Assembly (NCBI GenBank): GCA_000965745.1
Contig: CP009479.1
Span: forward strand, 1,216,001-1,280,000
DNA: 64,000 nt
Direction of reading: 5' to 3'
Origin: an uncultured archaeon
Lineage (GTDB): Archaea > Thermoplasmatota > Thermoplasmata > Thermoplasmatales > Thermoplasmataceae
Positions 28,659 to 37,982 of this stretch are shown piece after piece. The notes under the pieces were generated by a model. It was not told the DNA's origin. It worked only from the letters and a program-made list of their open reading frames with translations, and ran no database searches. Both the position numbers and the translations under genes were made by a program. The stretch's first letter is position 1. Each line of letters starts with the position of its first letter.

Positions 28659-28753
28659 GCTTTTGGGCCTGTGTGAAAACACCCATTTTTTATTCAAACA
28701 CACTGAAGCGATTTCCGGAAAGAGTTTTATAATTGCCCCCTATCGAAATCGCC

Positions 28754-29239
28754 ATGGATAACTCTGCCAATAACCTGGAGTTCAGGATTGTCGAGGAAAG
28801 CGAAGCAGATCTTGTATGGAGGATAGTCAACACATCATTCGAGGAATACAGAAACTCGGAGGCTCCTTCAAGTGCTCTTCTTGAAACGGTGGAACATGTA
28901 AAGCAGGCTTTAAACAATGGCAGGGAAAAAGCAGTTGTATGTTATTGTGACGGCAGGCCTGCAGGAACAGCACGTTTCTATAGCGAGAACGGCCTATATT
29001 TCAGGAGGCTGGGGGTGCTTCCTGAGTTCAGGCGAAGGGGGATCTCAAAGGCAATTATCGGCTGGCTCGAGAATTATGCCAGATCGAAGGGAGAAAGGAG
29101 GATATGGTGCAATACCAGATCTTCAGTTGACCGGAACATGTACCTTTACAGAAGTATGGGCTATGAGCTGGAAGGTGAAAGGACAATCCAGAGAAATGAT
29201 TCAACAGTGGGAGTTGCCACTTTCTCCAAGAACCTGTGA
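28754..29239 (+). CDS. GNAT-family acetyltransferase
   Basis: LGVLPEFRRRGIS (motif A), NMYLYRSMGY. Confidence 0.88.
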   Translation: MDNSANNLEFRIVEESEADLVWRIVNTSFEEYRNSEAPSSALLETVEHVKQALNNGREKAVVCYCDGRPAGTARFYSENGLYFRRLGVLPEFRRRGISKAIIGWLENYARSKGERRIWCNTRSSVDRNMYLYRSMGYELEGERTIQRNDSTVGVATFSKNL

Positions 29240-29580
29240 GTTTTGGCGGAAGCATGGCTGTTCCTCAATGACGGGCCTCTTTTTACAGCGGCAGAACAAA
29301 CTGCAGAATGGATTGCAGAGAAGGATGATAGCTATAACCTTGCAGATTTCAGAACTGTGGGCATTGGTGAGTAAACAAACGGGGAAAATCACAGTCTTCC
29401 CGGATGAGGAAGTTTCATCCACTACTTCACCTCAAAAGGATTTTCAGGAATAACAACATAAGAATACTGGCTGATTATGCAGACGGAAATGGTGATTGGA
29501 TTCATCATCATGTATCCTGTCAACTGTGAAGTTGTCAAATACGGCGTGAAATATAGGATGTAAACGGTCATTCTGTAAAA

Positions 29581-30336
29581 TCATATGAGGGAGTGGATGA
29601 GGATCCCTATGAGTATTAGTATTACGGCCGATGTAAATATACTGATTTTCCTTGAGCCAAGTATATGGAGGAAATATGATGCGGATACACCCCCAAGTGC
29701 GCTGCCTGAGATAACAATGGTCCACAGGAAGATGGGAATGTCTGGAACATAACCTATATGGAAGATAAAACTACTTATGGAAATGAAAAGTGCTACGTAT
29801 CCTGTTGTGCCTGCTATTTTCCTGTAATCATCCTCCATGAATGTGAGTGCAGGGAGTATGATGAGTCCTCCTCCAATTCCGGAAAGTCCGCTGAGGAATC
29901 CAGCTATAAGACCTATTGGGACCGCGAGGATTATCGTTATCTTTCCAACAATTTTCTCCCTGTGTTTTTCACTGCGCTTTAGAATAACGTGATAGAATGC
30001 ATAAACAAGCAGGGCAATGAAGATTACAAGCACATAGGACCTTGGAATAATAGATGTTGCCATCTCACCCAGGGGTGTCATTGCTATGGCAGGAACCAGG
30101 AATACTGTGCCGAGATTCCACCTAACTATCCTGTGCCTATAGTTGTGTCCTGTGACCAGGGAAAGTGATATTATATTCATGACCAGTCCTGACGTTACAG
30201 CGATGGGGAGTGCGATTCCCAGTGAAACATAGGTTGGCACCAATATGATGCCACCCCCAAGTCCGCTTGTTGCAAAAAGTGTGTGAAGAAGCCAGGTTAT
30301 TAAGAACATCATTGCATCGAACAGGAAGTATGGCAA
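29581..30336 (-). CDS. TauE/SafE-family permease
   Basis: Duplicated motifs SGLGGGIILVP and SGIGGGLIILP; about 8 TMs. Confidence 0.85.
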   Translation of the reverse strand: MPYFLFDAMMFLITWLLHTLFATSGLGGGIILVPTYVSLGIALPIAVTSGLVMNIISLSLVTGHNYRHRIVRWNLGTVFLVPAIAMTPLGEMATSIIPRSYVLVIFIALLVYAFYHVILKRSEKHREKIVGKITIILAVPIGLIAGFLSGLSGIGGGLIILPALTFMEDDYRKIAGTTGYVALFISISSFIFHIGYVPDIPIFLWTIVISGSALGGVSASYFLHILGSRKISIFTSAVILILIGILIHSLI

Positions 30337-31092
30337 CTGTCAGGACCTCCATATGGTCATCATGAGACCACGATCACAGTACTCAGAATAACCGGTAAAT
30401 TCACCTCTTGTTCGAACATTTGACTTGGCATAATCCTGCTTTAAAATTTAAACTTTGGTTGACATTGATGGGATGTTTAAGAGCCCTGGATAAGGGAAGG
30501 TCAACCTGCGTCCAATGTTATTGTGGCATCACCGTTTAAGGGGCGATGATTCACGTATACTGGAATGGACATTTCAACAAAAAGCGTTATTGAGTCAATT
30601 TTGAGAGGCATAATATCAAACTCGATAGATGCTGATATAGACTATTTACAAAGGGATTCTTCGAACCTGGGACTCAATTTTTCTGCAGATATAGAGAAGA
30701 ATAGCCGTCTGACCATCAATCTTCGTCCAGCAATCGTAAGTAAGAAATCTGGGTTGCCCCTATCTACTCTGAGGTTATCTATGTAAGGACTATGTAAGGA
30801 GTTCTAGCCGCCTACAATTTAGTTGTTGCTCGAGAACATATGTCTGAGCGAGTCTATTGGTATAAGACAGTAAGAGCTTTCAAAGCTATGCTTTCCACGT
30901 CCCTAATGCTTAACCTAACAAATGATACAAGAAATGGATCAAAAGCAAAGGACGGCTACCTCGAAAAATTACGTGATGTGGTGAAAGAATTTGTACTCAA
31001 TCCCCAAACTGTCTTTTCCTAGGGCCTAACATATAGCGGCCCAACCTCGGTGTATTTAACTGTCACTGACCTTAAGGTGCTAATGGACTTGA

Positions 31093-34000
31093 GGATGCGA
31101 CTATATTCTCAGTCGGGCTTTGATATTACGGTTAAGTTTCAATCCACGCATCCCTGCGGGATGCGACTACTCATCACTTTCTTTGGATTGACATAGGTAA
31201 AGTTTCAATCCACGCATCCCTGCGGGATGCGACTCAAGATATTCTCCCTTTATGGTGCCGTCAATGTAGTTTCAATCCACGCATCCCTGCGGGATGCGAC
31301 GATTTCTTGCCCTTGTTTTTCTTGACTTTCCATTTGTTTCAATCCACGCATCCCTGCGGGATGCGACAATTTCCCTCTGGTTCCTCACAGGGGTCATAAA
31401 TTGTTTCAATCCACGCATCCCTGCGGGATGCGACGAAATGTGTGGTAAATACCCAATAACGGGTGTTGTGTTTCAATCCACGCATCCCTGCGGGATGCGA
31501 CTGCCATACCTGTATTATTTGTATTGTGGTTCCAGTGTTTCAATCCACGCATCCCTGCGGGATGCGACGTCTGTCTGCTCATTTGGATTTGCATCCCAGA
31601 GTGTTTCAATCCACGCATCCCTGCGGGATGCGACGATTTAATGTTATTCCCCATTTAAAGTGCCATCCAGTTTCAATCCACGCATCCCTGCGGGATGCGA
31701 CGTGTTTGTCATTGTAAGTGAATCAGATGAATTGAGTTTCAATCCACGCATCCCTGCGGGATGCGACGCCCGGGGCCTGACGGGGGATCAATCGTCGGCT
31801 TGTTTCAATCCACGCATCCCTGCGGGATGCGACTATCTATAAAACGCTTGAAAATACGTAAATTATTAGTTTCAATCCACGCATCCCTGCGGGATGCGAC
31901 TTTCTTCCCCTTCAGTATTCCTGGCAACTTCAAAGTTTCAATCCACGCATCCCTGCGGGATGCGACCATAACATTACGCTCCTATTGCCACTAATGCGAG
32001 TTTCAATCCACGCATCCCTGCGGGATGCGACGCCAGCTCCTACGGCTTCTATGTCAATGGTGTGCTGTTTCAATCCACGCATCCCTGCGGGATGCGACAC
32101 GGCAATTCTCCAGAGTCAAACACGATACAGGTTTCAATCCACGCATCCCTGCGGGATGCGACCTACGAGACTTCCGGGGCATCGATTGCTGCAAAGTTTC
32201 AATCCACGCATCCCTGCGGGATGCGACCCTGTCTCTGCTTGTCTGACTGGCCTCCAATTATGGTTTCAATCCACGCATCCCTGCGGGATGCGACTAAATC
32301 AAATTATTGAAGGTCGATATAAAAATGTTTCAATCCACGCATCCCTGCGGGATGCGACCTGAAAGGCCTATGCGATATTTTGTATCATTCGAGTTTCAAT
32401 CCACGCATCCCTGCGGGATGCGACTCACTGTATCAGTGTTTTTATCATAATCCCACAGCGTTTCAATCCACGCATCCCTGCGGGATGCGACTCACATAAT
32501 CCCATTAGATATTACCTTGAGATTAGTTTCAATCCACGCATCCCTGCGGGATGCGACGTAATCAACAATATGGTTTAATGCTTGGTCAGGGTTTCAATCC
32601 ACGCATCCCTGCGGGATGCGACCAAGTTTGTACATTTCTAATAGTTCATTACCAGTGTTTCAATCCACGCATCCCTGCGGGATGCGACAGCCGCCTGGAC
32701 ACGGGCTTCACCCTGGAGGTGTCGTTTCAATCCACGCATCCCTGCGGGATGCGACGCCAAATTATCAGCAATTTAGTACCGGTTTTTGAGTTTCAATCCA
32801 CGCATCCCTGCGGGATGCGACTTTACGATCAGTTCAAAGGCGATGATGATCTAGAAGTTTCAATCCACGCATCCCTGCGGGATGCGACCTGACGAATCAA
32901 ATCAAAGAGGGAAAAGAAGGAGAGTTTCAATCCACGCATCCCTGCGGGATGCGACATTGCCCATGATATTAATCCTCTGACTGTCATCCTGTTTCAATCC
33001 ACGCATCCCTGCGGGATGCGACGACGAAGTCGATACCATGGAAGAGCAATTCCTAAGGTTTCAATCCACGCATCCCTGCGGGATGCGACAGGATCAGGAT
33101 CGCAAATGGGAAGAACGGTTTAGGGTTTCAATCCACGCATCCCTGCGGGATGCGACGACATTGTTTTTGGTTCAACCGGTAATCTTTACATTGTTTCAAT
33201 CCACGCATCCCTGCGGGATGCGACACAGCGGAGCACTGAATATTGGTGCTAGCGGACTGGTTTCAATCCACGCATCCCTGCGGGATGCGACGAATACCCG
33301 GCTACGCCTCTAAGAAATACCATGAGTTTCAATCCACGCATCCCTGCGGGATGCGACGTGTGTAGAGTGTGATGGAGGCAAAGGAAGGTTTGTTTCAATC
33401 CACGCATCCCTGCGGGATGCGACGAGCTCCTTGAGGGTGGTTCCAACGACTTCATCATGTTTCAATCCACGCATCCCTGCGGGATGCGACTAAGCTGTGT
33501 TGTCTGGCCGTCTCCCCAGTGCAGTTTCAATCCACGCATCCCTGCGGGATGCGACAGGTGAAGAAATGAAAATCAGAGGCCTCAAAGGTGTTTCAATCCA
33601 CGCATCCCTGCGGGATGCGACCCAGAGCAACAGGTCAACTGGCACCTGATGCCAGGGTTTCAATCCACGCATCCCTGCGGGATGCGACTTTACATTCTTC
33701 TCATAACTGGCAAAGCCAGGTGTTTCAATCCACGCATCCCTGCGGGATGCGACACCCGGGACTATAGAGGATTCCACCAATTATAAAAGTTTCAATCCAC
33801 GCATCCCTGCGGGATGCGACGGGCCAGCCGTTAGCCTGAGCTTCAACGCTCCGCAGTTTCAATCCACGCATCCCTGCGGGATGCGACCACAATATTATCT
33901 ATCGACAATAATGTAATTCTTGTTTCAATCCACGCATCCCTGCGGGATGCGACTTATATCCTTATTATATTTTCTTTATAATTGAGTTTCAATCCACGCA

Positions 34001-34876
34001 TCCCTGCGGGATGCGACGAGGTGCTGAAGGATCGCTTGCTGAATAGCCATAGGTTTCAATCCACGCATCCCTGCGGGATGCGACGAAGTTCACTCGCTTG
34101 TTGTTGAGAACTGCATACTGTTTCAATCCACGCATCCCTGCGGGATGCGACATACCGGACTTCCACTTCGCAATCAACCTAGTAAAGTTTCAATCCACGC
34201 ATCCCTGCGGGATGCGACTTTTTTCATTGTACATGTAGTACTGACACACATAGTTTCAATCCACGCATCCCTGCGGGATGCGACATTTCTGCCACGTGTA
34301 TCCCGAGCAACCGGTTAGTTTCAATCCACGCATCCCTGCGGGATGCGACGAGGTGCTGAAGGATCGCTTGGAAAATAGCCATAGTTTCAATCCACGCATC
34401 CCTGCGGGATGCGACGAATGGCGGATTTCCATTTCGTAACTAATCGAGTGTTTCAATCCACGCATCCCTGCGGGATGCGACTATTACACCTGTTCAACAA
34501 CTAATAGTGTATAAGTTTCAATCCACGCATCCCTGCGGGATGCGACTTTTTTCATTGTACATGTAGTACTGACACACATAGTTTCAATCCACGCATCCCT
34601 GCGGGATGCGACGACCTGACCTTGTGATCGAAGGTGAGAGTAACAAAGTTTCAATCCACGCATCCCTGCGGGATGCGACATTCGGAAAGACGCAGCAGAG
34701 TGCAAGATACAGGTTTCAATCCACGCATCCCTGCGGGATGCGACGTGGTATGGGAAGGAGTGTGTTCTTGACCTCATGGTTTCAATCCACGCATCCCTGC
34801 GGGATGCGACTTGACGCTATCAGCGGTATCACGAGTTCTATCAGGTTTCAATCCACGCATCCCGCAGGGATGCGAC
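31093..34876 (-). CRISPR. Type I-C CRISPR array: 57 full 32-bp repeats (31136-34876) plus a 9-bp terminal remnant; 57 spacers of about 32-36 bp
   Basis: Minus-strand repeat GTCGCATCCCGCAGGGATGCGTGGATTGAAAC with 8-bp hairpin and ATTGAAAC end; units counted by hand. Confidence 0.98.
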
Positions 34877-35045
34877 TGCAAGATATGCAAAACGCATAGC
34901 GTCTAAGTTGATAAAATCATTTTCCGCGAAAGGGTGATGGAACTGATTTCGAAAAACAAAAAACCTCATGCAAGCAAGGCCTTTAGGCAGTATAGGTGAG
35001 GACCCGCGGAAACACCATAGGTGGAATGTTCGCTTGTGGTTCGCG
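34877..35045 (-). promoter_or_regulatory. CRISPR leader
   Basis: Non-coding stretch between cas2 stop and first repeat; two GCGAAC motifs; opposite array end is the truncated one. Confidence 0.8.
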
Positions 35046-35351
35046 CTAAAAAATAATGGTCCCCTCTGGATCATACCCTTTCTGGGTTCCAAAGTGATCA
35101 ACTCGCTTCTTCCAGTTCTTGCCAAGGAAATAGTATCTGAGGCTGTCTTTGCCTGAGTCGACAATATTCTCAAGTCTATGGCGCAACTCAGTAAACTGGT
35201 GCGGTTCCACCAAGCACTCAAACACTGAGTTCTGAACCCTCTGCCCATAGTTAAGGCATTCTCTTGCAACGTACCTCAAGCGTTTTGCACCATCTGGATC
35301 AGATGTATTAACGTCATATGCTATAACTACCATCAATTCAGTTATCACCAC
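35046..35351 (-). CDS. cas2: Cas2
   Basis: VIAYDV, YGQRVQNSVFEC, DSLRYY. Confidence 0.96.
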   Translation of the reverse strand: MVITELMVVIAYDVNTSDPDGAKRLRYVARECLNYGQRVQNSVFECLVEPHQFTELRHRLENIVDSGKDSLRYYFLGKNWKKRVDHFGTQKGYDPEGTIIF

Positions 35352-36383
35352 TCATTTCCACAGGAATGGAGGATAGTCGGATAAGTCACCTCTCAAATTT
35401 CTCGCTAGAAGCATGGACTGAACGTATGGGATAAGGCCTATGGGGATCTTCTCATTCAGAAATGGATGCACTATCTCCTCCCTCTTCCTATTCTGCCATG
35501 CCATTATTACTTCTTTCCTCGTGGCATCATCCATCAGAACAGTTCCATTCTCTCGCTTAATAAACCCAGAACCTACTACTTGCTTTCTATTTATAATTGT
35601 CAGTACAAGCCTGTCAGCAACATACGGTCTTAGTTCCTCCATCAAATCCAGGGCAAGACTTTCCCTGCCTGGTCTGTCAGTGTGCAAAAAACCAACTTGC
35701 GAATCCAGTCCCACGGATTCCAGAGCGGAGGAACAATCATGGGCAAGGAGTGTGTAGACAAAGGAAAGTAATGCATTCACAGGATCGGTCGGTGGGCGCC
35801 GGACTCTTCTCTGGAAATTAAACTGATCCTTCTGGTTCAGTATCATACTGTCGAAGTTGGAGAAGTAGAGGGTCGCAGCCTCTCCTTCAATGCCCCTTAC
35901 CGAATCGACTGAGTCTGAATTGTCTATTCTGGAAATCATTTCCTTTAATCTCCCGATAGCAAGCGGTAATCCATTGTCCACTGTGTTAGAATCATGCTCT
36001 CTCACCAATCTCTGTATGACCCTTCTGGAGTTGTGTATTTTTGCGGTAACGAATCGCTTTGTAAGTCTAAGCCTCTCATCATCACTATCCGCCCACCTGA
36101 ACTGCTTCCTTCTCAGGAGTACATTACCTGAAGACCTGCCCGTCACTCTCGCCTGGAAACGCCCGTTAGGTGTAAGGAAAGAGAGCCCCACTCCTCTTTC
36201 AGCGCAAAGCTGCATAGCAGAAGGGCTGGCTCCCATGTGCCCGAAACAGATTACGCTATCAAGATTGTGGACCGGGATACGGAATTTAATTTCATCCTTT
36301 ACCTTAATGAGGAGGTTTTCTCCCTGTTTTGTTAGGTATGAGTCAGGAGTTGTAATAAAAAGTGTGTTTAGAAGCCTTTTCAT
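35352..36383 (-). CDS. cas1: Cas1 (type I-C)
   Basis: MKRLLNTLFIT, GNVLLRRKQF, RGIEG, GFLHTDRPGRESLALDLMEE, YPPFLWK. Confidence 0.97.
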   Translation of the reverse strand: MKRLLNTLFITTPDSYLTKQGENLLIKVKDEIKFRIPVHNLDSVICFGHMGASPSAMQLCAERGVGLSFLTPNGRFQARVTGRSSGNVLLRRKQFRWADSDDERLRLTKRFVTAKIHNSRRVIQRLVREHDSNTVDNGLPLAIGRLKEMISRIDNSDSVDSVRGIEGEAATLYFSNFDSMILNQKDQFNFQRRVRRPPTDPVNALLSFVYTLLAHDCSSALESVGLDSQVGFLHTDRPGRESLALDLMEELRPYVADRLVLTIINRKQVVGSGFIKRENGTVLMDDATRKEVIMAWQNRKREEIVHPFLNEKIPIGLIPYVQSMLLARNLRGDLSDYPPFLWK

Positions 36384-37093
36384 CCCGCACCATCATACCT
36401 GTCGGATAAATGCGACTTAAGGTAATTCTCTACGCTTCTGTCTGCTGTAGTCCACCCAGGCTGGCACACATCATAGAGAGAACAGCTGTTGCAATAGGAT
36501 TTCTTGATCGCCCGGGGAACCACTCCATTGCCAATCATCTCGTGCATCCTGCGTGAAAGCAGCTCCACCCTACTCCTGAGATTGTCATCGAAATCAACCT
36601 TCACTCTTCTCTTTATTGAATTGTAATAGAGATACCCGTTTTTTATGCTTATTTTGAGCATTTCCTCTAAACAGATGGCCTGGGCGCACAACTGTACCTC
36701 ATCAGCGTCATTGGGCTTTGGCCTGCCTCGCTTATACTCAATGGGAGAAACCCCCCACTTTCCATTCTTTCCACTTATGTGCAAAGACTCGTTGGCTGGA
36801 AGATCATCGTCTCTGGTATACTCTACGACATCGGCTATACCGCGCAGCCCTAGTCTGACCGATTCCACTGGCACACTCCGTGTTATCCTAAGATCTCCTC
36901 TGGTATCGTTCTCAAAAGGATCGTCTGCATGCTCATGCACGTGCCTTCCCTGGACAGTCAGGCTGTTCTCCGCCCATTGCCGCTCTAAATGTATGAGGGC
37001 AAATTGCCGCTCACAGAATGCAATATGCTGTATCCCTGACAGCATAAGGAAATCTTCTTCTGGGTATCCCGATGGCATATCAGACCCTTTCAA
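36380..37093 (-). CDS. cas4: Cas4
   Basis: SGIQHIAFCERQ, DVVE, IEYKRG, QLCAQ, CNSCSLYDVC. Confidence 0.96.
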   Translation of the reverse strand: MKGSDMPSGYPEEDFLMLSGIQHIAFCERQFALIHLERQWAENSLTVQGRHVHEHADDPFENDTRGDLRITRSVPVESVRLGLRGIADVVEYTRDDDLPANESLHISGKNGKWGVSPIEYKRGRPKPNDADEVQLCAQAICLEEMLKISIKNGYLYYNSIKRRVKVDFDDNLRSRVELLSRRMHEMIGNGVVPRAIKKSYCNSCSLYDVCQPGWTTADRSVENYLKSHLSDRYDGAG

Positions 37094-37982
37094 CCAGGGT
37101 TACACCGTCAGGTATTTCCTCTCTGGAAATTGACACATCATAGTCAGAGAAATTTCTGGGAATGATATCGAGGCTCTTCTTACTGATATGAACAGTGTCG
37201 AACAGTACCTGGGCGGGTGCGTTTCCAAGTTTTGACGAATGTTTGAACACGATGAGTTTTCTTGTGCTCATCATTCCTCGAGATGCAGAGCGATCGTTTT
37301 CGAACATATTCTCCAAGGCTGTCCACAGCAATTCAAGATCATCATCGTTGAACCCAGTCTGGTTTGCCAGCGGTGCAGACACAAATCCATGGGCCTTATA
37401 CAATCCATATGGAACTGTGTACTTTCTCCCCATTGTCCTGTTATCCCCATCCTGTTCCTTGGAATCCTTCTCCGTTGTTACTGCCATTCTTGTAATGCTG
37501 TGTTCAAGAGCTACAACCGGATCGACAGATCTCCCGAATGTTAGCTGCACCGGGCCTCTAACCTGTCCTGCATTAGCCCCTGTGGTCATTACAGCACCAA
37601 ATGTTCTTATGTCGAAGTAATTGGCACACAGGTATTTTTTGGCCTCTTCACGTTTTTCAGAGTTCACCTGCTTACTCTTTTCGTTTTCGTTCTTCACAGG
37701 CTTGAACTCCACTCCAAGCTTTGAGTATACCAGATCAATAGTTCTGTTAAGAACTGATTTTTCCTTTATGAATATGGCATATGGTTCTTTTCCTTCCTTT
37801 GCAACTTCCACATAGTTCCGGACTTTTCTCTTGAGGCTGACGTCAGTAACTATTCCATGGCCGGTTTCTGCATCCAGTCTCGGAAGGTTGCCTGCATCCG
37901 GGTCTCCGTTGGGATTCCCATCCTTTACATCAAACAAAATCACAAAATCATACCTGTTCTCTATATTGTCTGTCACGTTCAA
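37080..37982 (-). CDS. cas7: Cas7 (Csd2), type I-C
   Basis: NPNGDPDAGNLPR, TDVSLKRKVRNY, DIRTFGAV, MGRK. Confidence 0.96.
   Translation of the reverse strand: MNVTDNIENRYDFVILFDVKDGNPNGDPDAGNLPRLDAETGHGIVTDVSLKRKVRNYVEVAKEGKEPYAIFIKEKSVLNRTIDLVYSKLGVEFKPVKNENEKSKQVNSEKREEAKKYLCANYFDIRTFGAVMTTGANAGQVRGPVQLTFGRSVDPVVALEHSITRMAVTTEKDSKEQDGDNRTMGRKYTVPYGLYKAHGFVSAPLANQTGFNDDDLELLWTALENMFENDRSASRGMMSTRKLIVFKHSSKLGNAPAQVLFDTVHISKKSLDIIPRNFSDYDVSISREEIPDGVTLVERV

Noticed and set aside
28917-29453. 178-aa ORF overlapping the GNAT gene
   Set aside because: Alternative frame with no recognisable motifs; the downstream part may be a gene fragment but cannot be supported
27300-31100. attL/attR copy of the tRNA-Leu 3' end bounding the CRISPR island
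   Set aside because: No copy of TGCGGAGGGCCGGATTTGAA seen, and no integrase in the window
32099-34712. Partial similarity between spacers 32099-32130 and 34680-34712, and a shared 10-mer in spacers 32425-32459 and 32492-32525
   Set aside because: Requires gaps or is too short; compatible with chance
31102-34844. Self-targeting spacers
   Set aside because: No match to this window found by eye; the rest of the genome was not available, so this is untested rather than excluded
31294-35269. Many short ORFs with repeated peptides (VSIHASLRDAT, FQSTHPCGMR)
   Set aside because: They are translations of CRISPR repeats and leader
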